Notes under the pieces: model-generated
Told to the model about the DNA's origin: nothing
The model's input: only the letters and a program-made list of their open reading frames with translations
Databases searched by the model: none
Position numbers and translations under genes: made by a program
In this document: positions 40,654 through 50,653 of the stretch, piece after piece
Position numbering within the stretch: the stretch's first letter is position 1
Layout of the letters: every line of letters begins with the position of its first letter
NCBI GenBank assembly: GCA_002269645.1
Contig: NIVC01001860.1
Span: 62,001-126,000, forward strand
DNA: 64,000 bases
Origin: Macrostomum lignano
Taxonomy: Eukaryota
Direction of reading: 5' to 3'

Positions 40654-40920
40654 TCAGATAAACATGCAGGGCTCCGGGAGGTCGCGATAGTAGGGCCAGC
40701 CGACTTGAGCGAAAAACCATCGGTACTCTTCGTCGAGGACCGTCAGCGCTGGCGGCGGGTTGGCTCTTATAGCTCGCTGGAGGCGATAGGCGACGTCCTG
40801 GAGAACAGCGACAGCTTCCTGGTAACTGAATTGATCCCTCAGAAACTTCAGGTGTGTCCAAATTTGCGAGCATTGGGGGTAGCGCTGTCGGCTGTCGGAT
40901 CGGTGGTAGGCCCCCCTACG
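40654..40920 (-). CDS. ATG-less 88-codon ORF in the +1 frame at the end of ORF3
   Basis: RRGAYHRSDSRQRYPQCSQIWTHLKFLRDQFSYQEAVAVLQDVAYRLQRAIRANPPPALTVLDEEYRWFFAQVGWPYYRDLPEPCMFI*; globular-like composition; translated by hand. Confidence 0.4.
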   Translation of the reverse strand, partial: RRGAYHRSDSRQRYPQCSQIWTHLKFLRDQFSYQEAVAVLQDVAYRLQRAIRANPPPALTVLDEEYRWFFAQVGWPYYRDLPEPCMFI

Positions 40921-41539
40921 CTACTTTCAGTGCGTATTGCTCAATGTGGAAGCGTAGCTTTTCCACCTCTGCTCCGCGAGTCTCCACAAGTTCTCGGACG
41001 ATGCGATGAAAATCTCTCTGCGAATTCGATTGCTGCTGGCTCGGCTGTAGTGCTGATGGCTGGCTAGACTGCTGCGCTGATTGCAGGCTCGGCTGCAGCG
41101 CTGACTGCTGCGCTGATTGCAGGCTCGGCTGCGACGCTGGCTGCTGAGCTGGCGGTGTCGCAGCTGTCGATTTCTTCTGCCGTGGTGCCGGGGTCTTTCT
41201 CGATGATGGGGCAGCTGGCGGTGACACCAATTGCTGCGTTCGGCTTGATGTCGACGATCCTGGCGTGGCCTTGACAACATAGGAGCGCACGGGCGCAGCT
41301 GCCTGTGCTGCCACCAGGGCGGCGCGCTTCTGTTCGGGGCCTTCGACCCTCATTTGGCGGCAAGGCGATGAAGCTGGCGATGATGTTCTTGGCCGTTTGC
41401 TGGATACACCAGGCGCCTTTGGACGTGTTGCACATCGAAGCGGTGCCTCATTTTCGTCGGTGTTGGGCGCTGGCTGAGGCTCCATATCGTCTGACAGGTC
41501 ACCGATCAACTCTTGCAGAATGTCGACTGAGTTATCCAT
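40916..41539 (-). CDS. Accessory ORF3 of the gypsy element (207 aa, S/P/Q/A-rich, not env)
   Basis: Same sense as pol, between pol and the PPT. Acidic N-terminal helix, basic KRPR/RQKK patches, QPS repeats, C-terminal helix; no signal peptide or TM segment. Confidence 0.7.
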   Translation of the reverse strand: MDNSVDILQELIGDLSDDMEPQPAPNTDENEAPLRCATRPKAPGVSSKRPRTSSPASSPCRQMRVEGPEQKRAALVAAQAAAPVRSYVVKATPGSSTSSRTQQLVSPPAAPSSRKTPAPRQKKSTAATPPAQQPASQPSLQSAQQSALQPSLQSAQQSSQPSALQPSQQQSNSQRDFHRIVRELVETRGAEVEKLRFHIEQYALKVA

Positions 41540-41620
41540 ATGGTTCTCTTCGAATGACTCTTAGAATAGAAAGGAAGCTAGCAGTGAGCTATGGGATCTG
41601 TGGGGCCTGCAGGGTGCTCG

Positions 41621-41690
41621 TATTTATAGGCTGGCGGGCCGAAAAACTGGACCTCTTCGAAGCACTCCCCTCGCGCGTGGGGCGGGGCAT
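41621..41690 (-). promoter_or_regulatory. Internal Pol II promoter for ORF3 (GC box + TATA box)
   Basis: TATAAATA at 41628-41621 and a GC box CCCCGCCCC near 41679-41687, about 80-150 nt upstream of the ORF3 ATG. Confidence 0.6.
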
Positions 41691-41937
41691 GCCAGATTTG
41701 ACAGATTTGACAACTAAATTTTTATGGATTTTCTATTTCTTTTTATAACTTTTTTATTTTTTGATAGATTTTCTTGAGTAAAGTATCAAATTAAAGATCG
41801 CATTTTGTAGATTAATATGGTATTTACAGATTCGCTCTATGTACAGCATGTCAAATTTTATAAGCAGATAAGTAATTCTAATACGGAATTTTAACTATTT
41901 AACACTGTTTCTTATGGGAAATTGCTTACGTCATGAT

Positions 41938-44900
41938 TTAAGGTGCTAAATATCTCGCGTAGCGCCTTCGGGGCACAAATCCTGTCGCGCCTTCTCTTTC
42001 TCTCCTTCGCTGAGTCATCCTAAAGTTATACCTATTCTCTGGCTGAACTCGTTCCTCCTCTAACTCTAATGCTCCTTCTTCTTCTTCTGATGGCTCATCT
42101 GAGTCAGTCGCTCTCTCTGTATTCTCACTGTTTAATTCTTCATTTCCTTCGTTTTCACTCTGCGAATTCGGATCTGCGAATACTCTCCATTGAATTCTGT
42201 TTTCTTCGTCTGAGCTTTCCTCTAAAATTTGAACTTCTGGAATTCTAACTTCTTTTTGTCTATGGCAAATTCTTTTCTTCGGCTTCGGCTGTTCTTTCTT
42301 CTTAGTTGGCACTGGTGCTGGTTTTAAATTATTATTAATTTCCTCTGGTAAATCAATTTCGGATTTCGGCACTGGAGTCAGATTATTTCTATGTACTAAT
42401 AGTTTTTCTCCGCTCCTTTCGCCATTGATTTCTCTTTGCACACGGAACACTGTGTCTGATATCTTCGCAAGTACTCGATAGGCTGCTCTTTTCTTTCGAT
42501 GAAATTTGTGGCTCTCCTCTTGGTGAAGTTGAGGATTGTTGATGAGAGCGAGACAGCCAACTGGCACATTTTTAGGCTGACGATTCTCAACTTCGTCCTC
42601 TTGCCTTTTCTCTCGCACCTTTTCGAGTTGTCTTCGCACAATTGCTTTTGTCTCCTCGATTCTCTTGGCATGATCCAGCACATAACTAGGATAGTCTCGG
42701 TATAGTCTTGGCCTTTTCACAATGCTATCTATTGGCAAATCTGCTTCTCTCCCGAATAGTAAGTAGTGTGGTGTGAACCCAGTAGTTTGATTAACACTGG
42801 TTCGCACAGCTACCAAAGCGGCGGGTATGAGCAGATCCCAATCTGAATGATCCTTTTCAATCAAACAGGTTACAATCGATTTAATTTGCTTGTTAAATCT
42901 TTCGACAAGCCCGTTACTCTGAGCATGGTAAGGCGTAGTGCAAGTATGCTTAATGCCGTATAGGGTACAGAATGCCTGAAATTGGTGACTTACAAAAGTC
43001 TTGCCATTATCAGTGTGTATCCATTGACACTGGCCATACTCGCTGAAAATTCTCTCTTGTATCGTTTTGATAACAGTCGCGGATTTCTGATTCCGAACCG
43101 GAAAAGCGAATGGGAACTTTGTTGTACTATCTACGACAGTAAGTACATATCGGTGTCCTCTTCTGCTTTCCTTTGATATTGGACCGATCAAATCTATGTG
43201 CAGCCGATGAAATGGCTCGCATATCGGAAAGGTCTGCACCGGTGCTCGTACTTTATTTCCGTTTTTACTTTCCAGACACGGGATGCATTCTGCGATGTAC
43301 TTTTCAACTGCAGTCACTAACCCCGGCCTCCAGAATCGGTCTCGGACTCGCTGTAGCGTCTTGTCCCGACCTAGGTGGCCTGCTAGCGGACTGTCGTGCA
43401 GCTCTTTGAATACATCTTTCTCAATCTTCTCTGGCAATACTACTTTTCGTTTACCGTCTTCACTGACTGTCAGCATTTCATCTTCGATTTTCATCTGCTC
43501 GTAGAACTTAACCATCTTCTTCAATTCTCCGGATGCATTTTCTGGTAACTTCGGCTCACGCACTTTCTTCTGCTTCCAGTCCATCAAGGTTCTTATAGAA
43601 GGATCAGCATGCTGCGCTGAAGTCAGCTGCTCTTTCTTCAATGGAACCGAGAGGTAATCTGTCAGAAGCTTTCTGCACACTGTCTCTTCCTCTTCGAAAT
43701 AGTCTCTTGCATCTTCATAGATGTCATCATCATCTTCGAACTGATCACTGGCATCTTCGTATTCATCATCTGCGAATTCGTCTTCGGAATCTGATTCATA
43801 CTCTTCTGTGAAGTCGGTCTGGCAACTCTGATCTTTCACGCTGTTAGTCACGACTTGTTTCACAGCGCTGGTTTCTATTGTCATCTTAGGAATTTCGGCC
43901 TCATTCTCTTTGATCTTAGCATCTTTCTGTTCAACTGGTGGTTCCGAGGGTCGCCGTGACAATCCATCTGCGTTGGAATGTTTGGCTCCACTGCGGTGCT
44001 CAATATCGTATTGAAACTCACTCAGTCTTTCAATCCATCTTCCGAGAATTCCTTGGGCTTCGGTCTGGCGCAGTAACCATAGAATTGCCTTGTGGTCTGT
44101 GCGGGCCAGAAACCTTTTGCCAATTAGGTAAAATCGGAAGTGTTTCATGCCATCTACTAGCGCTAATAGCTCTTTTCTGGTAATCGGATATCTTTTCTCA
44201 GACTCTTTCATTGCTCTGCTGAAGTAAGCAATGGGTCTTTCAACCCCGTCCGATTGTATTTGACCCAGGCAAGCACCAATTCGGTCTTCGCTTGCGTCGG
44301 TGTCTAATACCATTCGAACATTCTCGTTCTCTGAGAATTCTGGGTACGCGAGTACTTCGGTCGATGTCATTCTCTGCTTCAACTGCTGGAAAGCCTCGTC
44401 ATGTTTCTTGGTCCACTTTTCCCTAAAGTTTTGAATACCTTTCTTAGTTAATTGAAATAGCGGATGCGCTGCCTCTGCGTAATTCTTTACAAATCTGCAG
44501 TAGTAGTTACACAACCCCAAGAAGCTTCGCAGTTCTTTGACCTCTTTCGGCGTAGGCCATGACTGTATCGCTTCGATCTTAGCTGGGTCTGTTCTAATCC
44601 CTTCTCTTCCTACGATATGCCCTAAGTACTTTAGCTCTTTCTGAAACAAGTTGCACTTTTTTGGTCTTAATTTTAGTCCTGCTGAGATTAGTCTTTGAAA
44701 TACTTCTTGCAGATGACCGAGATGATCTTCGAATTTCTCTGAGTATGTCACAATATCATCTATGTACGACATTGCGAATTTGTGCTGTATTCCCATCAGC
44801 ACCAAATTCATGAGTCTCTGGAATGTACCAGGAGCGTTAGACAAGCCCTGTGCCATGACCTGATATTCGAACTGGCCTCTGGTAAGGGTGGAAAAGGCTG

Positions 44901-46446
44901 TCATAAATTTGTGCTCCTCTTTGATAGGTACCTGCCAGTATCCAGAGTTTAAATCTAGACTACTGAAGTACTTGCTTCCAGATAACTGAGCGAAAGTCTC
45001 TTGTATGTTCGGCAATGGATATGGGTAATAGTTCACTCTCGAGTTCAGGACCCTGAAGTCACTGACGATTCTTATGGATCCATCCTTCTTAGGAACTATC
45101 ACTAGCGGCGTTGAATAAGTACTATAGCACGGTCGGATCAGGTTCTTAGCAAGCATGTCGTCAAGTTGCTCATCTACTTGCTTTTGCAGATGTGGTGGAA
45201 TTCTGCGTGTTGGAATCCTGACCGGTGTGGTATCTTTTAGAGATATTTCATGAGTCACAAGATGGGTGAGACCCATGTCTTGGTTGGTCTGCGAAAATGC
45301 TTCCTTGTTCTTCTTTAGCAAATCGATCACTAGTCCTTTCTGTTCTGATGTTAGCTCTTCTCCTAAATCGATCTCGTTTATCCAGCTGTACTCACTCTCT
45401 TCACTCTTCACTGTCCTAATTGTATCATCTGAACTGGCTTGACCTTTGCTGTTAATAGAGTAGGCCAGGCCTCCTGGCTTCAAGGGTTTGGCCACTCCAA
45501 TCAGCGTAGATCTTGTCAGTCTGATATCGTCATTCTGTCGATTGATTATTTCCACTACTCCTGTTCCATCGTTCATGGTCACTAGAGTAGGAATCATCTC
45601 TAAGGAATTTCTCTTCGTAGTCACTTGGCCTCCAATGGTGTCAATGACCATTGGCGTTCCATAGTTGGCTTCTGATCCTTTAGTCATTCTAATTGGAATT
45701 CGAAGAGCGCTATTCGCTGGTATAGTCACGCTGTTATGGCTGTAGATTCGGCAAACCCGTACGGGTAATTTTGTAAACTGAATTGGGATGCAGGTTCCTT
45801 CTTTTAATACAAGCATTCCTCTGGAAAGGCTGATGCTGTCGCAGAAGTTCATGAAGAACTCCATCCCGAGTATGTCGTCACACTCGTGATTGCACAGCAG
45901 GAACTCTGTCTCAATCTCTATCTCTCCGAATCGTATTTTCGTTCTGACTTCTCCTTCAATTCGCACACTTGATCCGTCAAACGTAGTCACTCTTCGAGTA
46001 GTCAACTCAATTTCATCACTTCTGAACATCTTTTTCCAAGTACTCTTGCTTAGGAAATTATGTCCAGCTCCTGTGTCTAGCAAGAAGTAGACCTTTCGGT
46101 TTCTTAGCATTCCATTGACGACTGCTTCTCGTCCTTTTCTCTCCGTATCTTCTTCGAATTCTCTCTTCGAATGCTCATTCGGAATTACTGTACTTTGTAC
46201 TTTATTATTCGGCCTACTGTGGCTAGCAGACGCATGACTAGGTGCAAGCGGCATATGTACACGAGGTGCAAAATTTTTATTTGGTTTTCTGTGAAATTTA
46301 TTGAATTCGGCATGCGTTCTGCTGTTACTATACTGTCTGGCATTACTTCGATACGCATTATTTACAAATTCAGAGGCCTGAAATTCGCGATAATTGTTGC
46401 TAGAGGGACGTGGCCTCGCAAAGCGGCCCTCGCTACTCAGTTTCCC
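41938..46446 (-). CDS. pol: Pol polyprotein (protease, RT, RNase H, integrase), expressed by -1 frameshift
   Basis: LDTGA, LDLNSGYWQV, YIDD, DTDAS, HHCC zinc motif and D,D35E (HIDLIGP / HTDNG / NGLVERFN). The frame is open from the GGGAAAC slippery site (46446-46440) through the ATG at 46254. Confidence 0.96.
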   Translation of the reverse strand, partial: GKLSSEGRFARPRPSSNNYREFQASEFVNNAYRSNARQYSNSRTHAEFNKFHRKPNKNFAPRVHMPLAPSHASASHSRPNNKVQSTVIPNEHSKREFEEDTERKGREAVVNGMLRNRKVYFLLDTGAGHNFLSKSTWKKMFRSDEIELTTRRVTTFDGSSVRIEGEVRTKIRFGEIEIETEFLLCNHECDDILGMEFFMNFCDSISLSRGMLVLKEGTCIPIQFTKLPVRVCRIYSHNSVTIPANSALRIPIRMTKGSEANYGTPMVIDTIGGQVTTKRNSLEMIPTLVTMNDGTGVVEIINRQNDDIRLTRSTLIGVAKPLKPGGLAYSINSKGQASSDDTIRTVKSEESEYSWINEIDLGEELTSEQKGLVIDLLKKNKEAFSQTNQDMGLTHLVTHEISLKDTTPVRIPTRRIPPHLQKQVDEQLDDMLAKNLIRPCYSTYSTPLVIVPKKDGSIRIVSDFRVLNSRVNYYPYPLPNIQETFAQLSGSKYFSSLDLNSGYWQVPIKEEHKFMTAFSTLTRGQFEYQVMAQGLSNAPGTFQRLMNLVLMGIQHKFAMSYIDDIVTYSEKFEDHLGHLQEVFQRLISAGLKLRPKKCNLFQKELKYLGHIVGREGIRTDPAKIEAIQSWPTPKEVKELRSFLGLCNYYCRFVKNYAEAAHPLFQLTKKGIQNFREKWTKKHDEAFQQLKQRMTSTEVLAYPEFSENENVRMVLDTDASEDRIGACLGQIQSDGVERPIAYFSRAMKESEKRYPITRKELLALVDGMKHFRFYLIGKRFLARTDHKAILWLLRQTEAQGILGRWIERLSEFQYDIEHRSGAKHSNADGLSRRPSEPPVEQKDAKIKENEAEIPKMTIETSAVKQVVTNSVKDQSCQTDFTEEYESDSEDEFADDEYEDASDQFEDDDDIYEDARDYFEEEETVCRKLLTDYLSVPLKKEQLTSAQHADPSIRTLMDWKQKKVREPKLPENASGELKKMVKFYEQMKIEDEMLTVSEDGKRKVVLPEKIEKDVFKELHDSPLAGHLGRDKTLQRVRDRFWRPGLVTAVEKYIAECIPCLESKNGNKVRAPVQTFPICEPFHRLHIDLIGPISKESRRGHRYVLTVVDSTTKFPFAFPVRNQKSATVIKTIQERIFSEYGQCQWIHTDNGKTFVSHQFQAFCTLYGIKHTCTTPYHAQSNGLVERFNKQIKSIVTCLIEKDHSDWDLLIPAALVAVRTSVNQTTGFTPHYLLFGREADLPIDSIVKRPRLYRDYPSYVLDHAKRIEETKAIVRRQLEKVREKRQEDEVENRQPKNVPVGCLALINNPQLHQEESHKFHRKKRAAYRVLAKISDTVFRVQREINGERSGEKLLVHRNNLTPVPKSEIDLPEEINNNLKPAPVPTKKKEQPKPKKRICHRQKEVRIPEVQILEESSDEENRIQWRVFADPNSQSENEGNEELNSENTERATDSDEPSEEEEGALELEEERVQPENRYNFRMTQRRREREGATGFVPRRRYARYLAP

Positions 46447-46599
46447 TGCTGCTTCTGGTAGTCCATCACTCGCTGACCGTTTGGCCTAGCGCTCTGGCAA
46501 TTCCTCGCCATGTGGCCAAGCTTCCCGCAATTGTAGCAGGCTCGAGGCTGCTGTTGTTGCTGTGGCTGCCTGTTGAACTGAGGCTGACCGCGCCATACT

Positions 46600-46632
<33 letters not shown>

Positions 46633-47426
46633 GGTCCAGCGACCTGAGCGTACGTTTGATATTGATTCTGCGGATGATACTGCTGACGGCTAGCTCTCTT
46701 CTCTTCCATCAGCTCCTCAATCGCCTTCTTCTGTTGCTCTAACTCTGCTCTCTGCTTCTTGATGATGTCCTCAAGCTTCTCCTGATCTGCCTTCTGCTCA
46801 CTCTCGCCTTCGCCTTTGGCCATTCTCATGTTGACATTCTTGTGAGACATGTTCCACGCAGCCTCCATCCTTCTTAGCATTCTTCTAGCCTCTTGTAAAT
46901 TGCCTGGCTGCGCAAAGATTAGCTTCTCACGGGTCTCTGACGGAATTCTGATTCCCTTGATGAATTGCTCAACAATTTCTTCTTCCCTTTGCTCAACCGT
47001 CATATTCGGAAATGCACGCGATGCCAGCTCGATCAAACAGTCTGCGAAAGTCTCTACAGGCTCATTTCTGCCTTGCATTCTTCCACGAAACTCCTCTCTG
47101 AATTCTGCGGAACTACCGATTCTTCCGAATCGCTCAATCAGTCGCTCTTTGAACTCTTCGTATTCGAGATCCTCGGGCAGATTTAGGCGCTGTACCGCTG
47201 CGAATGCAGTGGACAGGTCCAGATTAGCTAGCAATTCCTGCTTCCTATGTTCCTCATCTATCCCTTCTACTTCACAGCGCTGATCGAAAGCTGTTAGCCA
47301 AATCCGAGTGTCTTGCGTAGGTGTGAATTTCTGAATCTTAACGTGTCTCATCGGCCGTATCTCTAGTCGGTTTCGCAATTCTTCTGCCAGCATGGCGATG
47401 GCGTCATTAGCCTGATTCTGATTCAT
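46437..47426 (-). CDS. gag: Gag (329 aa) with CCHC zinc knuckle
   Basis: Capsid-like region plus CYNCGKLGHMARNC. Confidence 0.95.
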
Positions 47427-47514
47427 CTTCTCTCTACGAAAAACTTTTCAAATTATTCTTCGGAATTCTTCTGAATCTAGTTTTGAGAGTTCGCGCCGTT
47501 TCTCTAATCCTTAT

Positions 47515-47525
47515 CGCTGCCACCA
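47515..47525 (-). other. Primer binding site TGGTGGCAGCG, complementary to the tRNA-Leu 3' end
   Basis: 2 nt after the 5' LTR; metazoan tRNA-Leu(AAG/TAG) ends ..CCACCGCUGCCA-CCA (recalled sequence). Confidence 0.88.
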
Positions 47526-47527
47526 GC

Positions 47528-48294
47528 TGTGACAGGCCTTTTGGCTCTGTCTTTCTAAACTTCTAACTATTAGTGTTTATTAAATATCCTACGAGCTGCC
47601 ACCAAAGTTGTTACAGGCCTTTCACCTCTTACTTTATCAATTTTAATCCCACCGATTTGCCAACTACAGTTATCCTGATTATACTTGCTTTTACTCCCTA
47701 ACTATTTCTTAGAATTTCATTTAAATATTTCTGGGTAGCGTTCTTAGTAGCGTTTCTGGTAGCGTTCTTAGTAGCGTTTCTGGTAGCTTATGGCTTGCTT
47801 TCTGGTAGCGTTCTAGTAGCTTATGGCCTGAGCGGTCTAGTACTGGTATATGTATTAGTGTATAGTCCTAATCGGGCGTTCACCGAGACTAGAGGGTCAC
47901 GGCGCCTCTCTTGGTATATCTCCAAGAATTAGTCCCAATTCCCTTCTCTTAGCAAATTTCTTAGAATCGTTTCACAGGTTTTGCAAATAAATAAGTCGCT
48001 ATTTAGCTCAAAGACTTTGAAATGGTTTAGATTGAACTGCTTATTCTGTTCGCAATTATTTGCTCACGAGTAAAAGACAGTTAGAGTATATTTGTCGCGA
48101 AACCGCTCCTATATATAGTGATTTTCCCCACATACGATTAAAACAAAAAATAATTCTCCAATTTATTTCGCACATTAAAACAAACTATTATTTGGCGTTC
48201 GCGTAGATTCAGTTTCTAAGAAAGATTCGAATATACAGTTATTACATTGAAAGAACATTCGAGTATACTATGATAAAGGCATAGCACTAGTACA
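47528..48294 (-). repeat. 5' LTR (767 bp)
   Basis: Copy of 39601-40367; followed by TSD CAGT. Confidence 0.97.
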
Positions 48295-49319
48295 CAGTTA
48301 ACTTAATAAAGCTAAGAAGATACATAATAATTTCTTAAATAAATTAACTAGGCCTAGATAAAGTCTTAGGCCTATAATATAAAAGTCAAGCTTAAAATCA
48401 TCTATCATTTATTTTTTGTTTTCTTTAAAATATCTATCTATTAAGTATTAGGGCCTAAGCCTAGGCTAGGCCTAAGTTTAAATTTGAACCAAACTTGTCT
48501 AAAGCAAAAATTTTAGCCTGTCTTTAATAATTATTAGGCCTTACAATTCTTAGCCTTAGCTTATAGGCTTCTTAGTTAATATTATAGCTTTTTGTAGCCT
48601 ATTTGCCATATTTAGGCCTATGCATATTGAATTGAATTTATGAATATATTTGCTAATATAATGGAAGCTTTTGTCTATGGTAGCAAAGCTAGTATAGTGG
48701 CATTTAATTTGGTCCAAATGCTTGTGAGCCATTTGGCAAACTCTTGTTTTCTTGCAACTATAATAAGTAAACTCGGATGGTTAGTGCAAGGTAGAAAAAT
48801 AGTATGGCCCTCACAAGAGCCCACAACCAATGAATATATATTTGGGGCATAGTACCCTTCTGATTCATATTGATTTTGATATGGCCGAATATACATAAGT
48901 AAAATATACATGCAACCCCAACTCATAGCAACCATTGGCATATTGCTATAATATAAATGTCTATCAACAAGTTGATTTAGTTGCTTTTCTAGAGCTCTGC
49001 TAATAATAAAAAACCTGATAACCAACTAGAACTATTCTTTAAACTTCTATTAATTTTTTTTCAATGTAATAAAAGGTTCTCTTTCCTTTTCTAGGCAACC
49101 TTTGCTAGCAATGGTTTTAATGCACTGCTAGATACTTTTCTTTTCTTTTATATTTAGCAACATTGCAATGTCTTTTGGGTGATTATCTCTGTTTAGTGCT
49201 TAGATCATAGCCAATGGCATTCATTTGACACTTGATAACCTAGTATATGGTCTATAATTATGGGGTTGCAATCTTGCTTTTTTGTTGCAATTGCTAATAA
49301 AGCTTGATTGATTCGGACC

Positions 49320-49623
49320 AAATTCAATGCTGCTATGCCAGCCTTAATACCATGGACAAAAGTTCTATTATATTGGCAAACTTATCTTGGATTAAATTCA
49401 ATGCTGCTATGCCAGCCTTAATACCATAGACAAGAGCTCTATTATATTGGCAAACTTATCTTGGATTAAATTCAATGTTGCTATGCCAGCCTTAATACCA
49501 TAGACAAAAGCTCTATTATATTGGCAAGCTTATCTTGGATTAAATTCAATGCTGCTATGCCAGCCTTAATACCATAGACAAAGCTCTATTATATTGGCAA
49601 ACTTATCTTGGATTAAATTCAAT
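49320..49623. repeat. 74-bp tandem repeat, about 4 copies
   Basis: AAATTCAATG recurs with period 74. Confidence 0.9.
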
Positions 49624-50039
49624 GCGCATAGGTACAAATGTGCTGCAAAAAGCTATATTAATATACATAGTAATAGAAGAAAGGTTAGAAAAAACCTTAA
49701 TTAAAGACACCTACATCTCAACCCTTGCTTGCATAGCATAGCTCTCTCTTAATTAAAATTTTAATTGCTAATTTTAACCTATTTAATACCTACAGAGCAA
49801 ATATAATAACTAAACAAAAAGGCAAAAATGCTTATAAAAGGCAAGCAGGTAGGCTAAGCTAGCATGCCCATAGAATAAATTACTCAATTAATAAATAAAT
49901 AAATATAACTAAATGTTCTCAGCTTTTTACAAACTTAAATCAAGTCTTCCATCTTGTGCTTTGATTGGTATCCTAAGCAATTTCTAAGAAAAACGATTTC
50001 TTCACTGCAGCATTAAGCAGCAATCGGCTGAAAGCAGAA

Positions 50040-50653
50040 ATGTCAACAAAACAGACAGGAAAGACTAGAAAGTCGGAGCGCAGCAAAGCTGCTGAGACCT
50101 CCAAGCAGCAGAAACAGGCTGAGTCCATTGTCACAGAGGCGGAGGAAATCGTCAGCGAGCAGCAGCAGGGAGAATTTGAGGAAAATATTGAGCAGCAGGA
50201 GCAGCAGCAGGAGGAAGCTAGCACTGTAGTGACCACAGTGACAAAGAAGGTCACTTCGCTGCTCACTGGCACCCCAATAACAGCGGCAGCAGCCAGCTCC
50301 AGCAGTTCCAGCGTAGGCGGCAGTCGGCATCGCCGATCGCGCAGTCCGCTAGCAATCTCTCGTGAACAAGAGAAAGAAGAGCTGGCCCATCTCAACACTA
50401 AGCTGGCCTGCTATATTGAGTTTGTACGCTCTCAGCAGCAGTCTGCGGAGACTGTCCGCCGCCAGTACGAGTCTCTAAGCGAGTCGGCTAACCAGGAGTT
50501 CAGCCAGAGCACAGGCCTGTACGAGCGGGAGATTGGCGGCCTGCGACAGCAGCTGGACCGGCTGGCCGGGGAGCGGGCGGACCTGCAGCTGGCTCTGGAC
50601 AAGGCCAATGCTGAACGGGCTCAGGCGGAGAAGCGGGCCGCCGCATTGGAGAA
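50040..50653 (+). CDS. B-type nuclear lamin exon 1 (gene 50040-59187, about 662 aa)
   Basis: Long head, RSRSP CDK-type site, EQEKEELAHLNTKLACYIEFVR coil 1A; donor AA|GTTAGT. Confidence 0.92.

Larger units (their letters stand above)
39601..48294 (-). mobile_element. Full-length Ty3/gypsy LTR retrotransposon with an extra 3' ORF
   Basis: TG..CA LTRs of 767 bp, TSD CAGT, PBS, PPT, gag, pol in PR-RT-RH-IN order. Confidence 0.98.

Noticed and set aside
40916-41539. ORF3 as env
   Set aside because: No signal peptide, furin site, Cys pattern or transmembrane helix.
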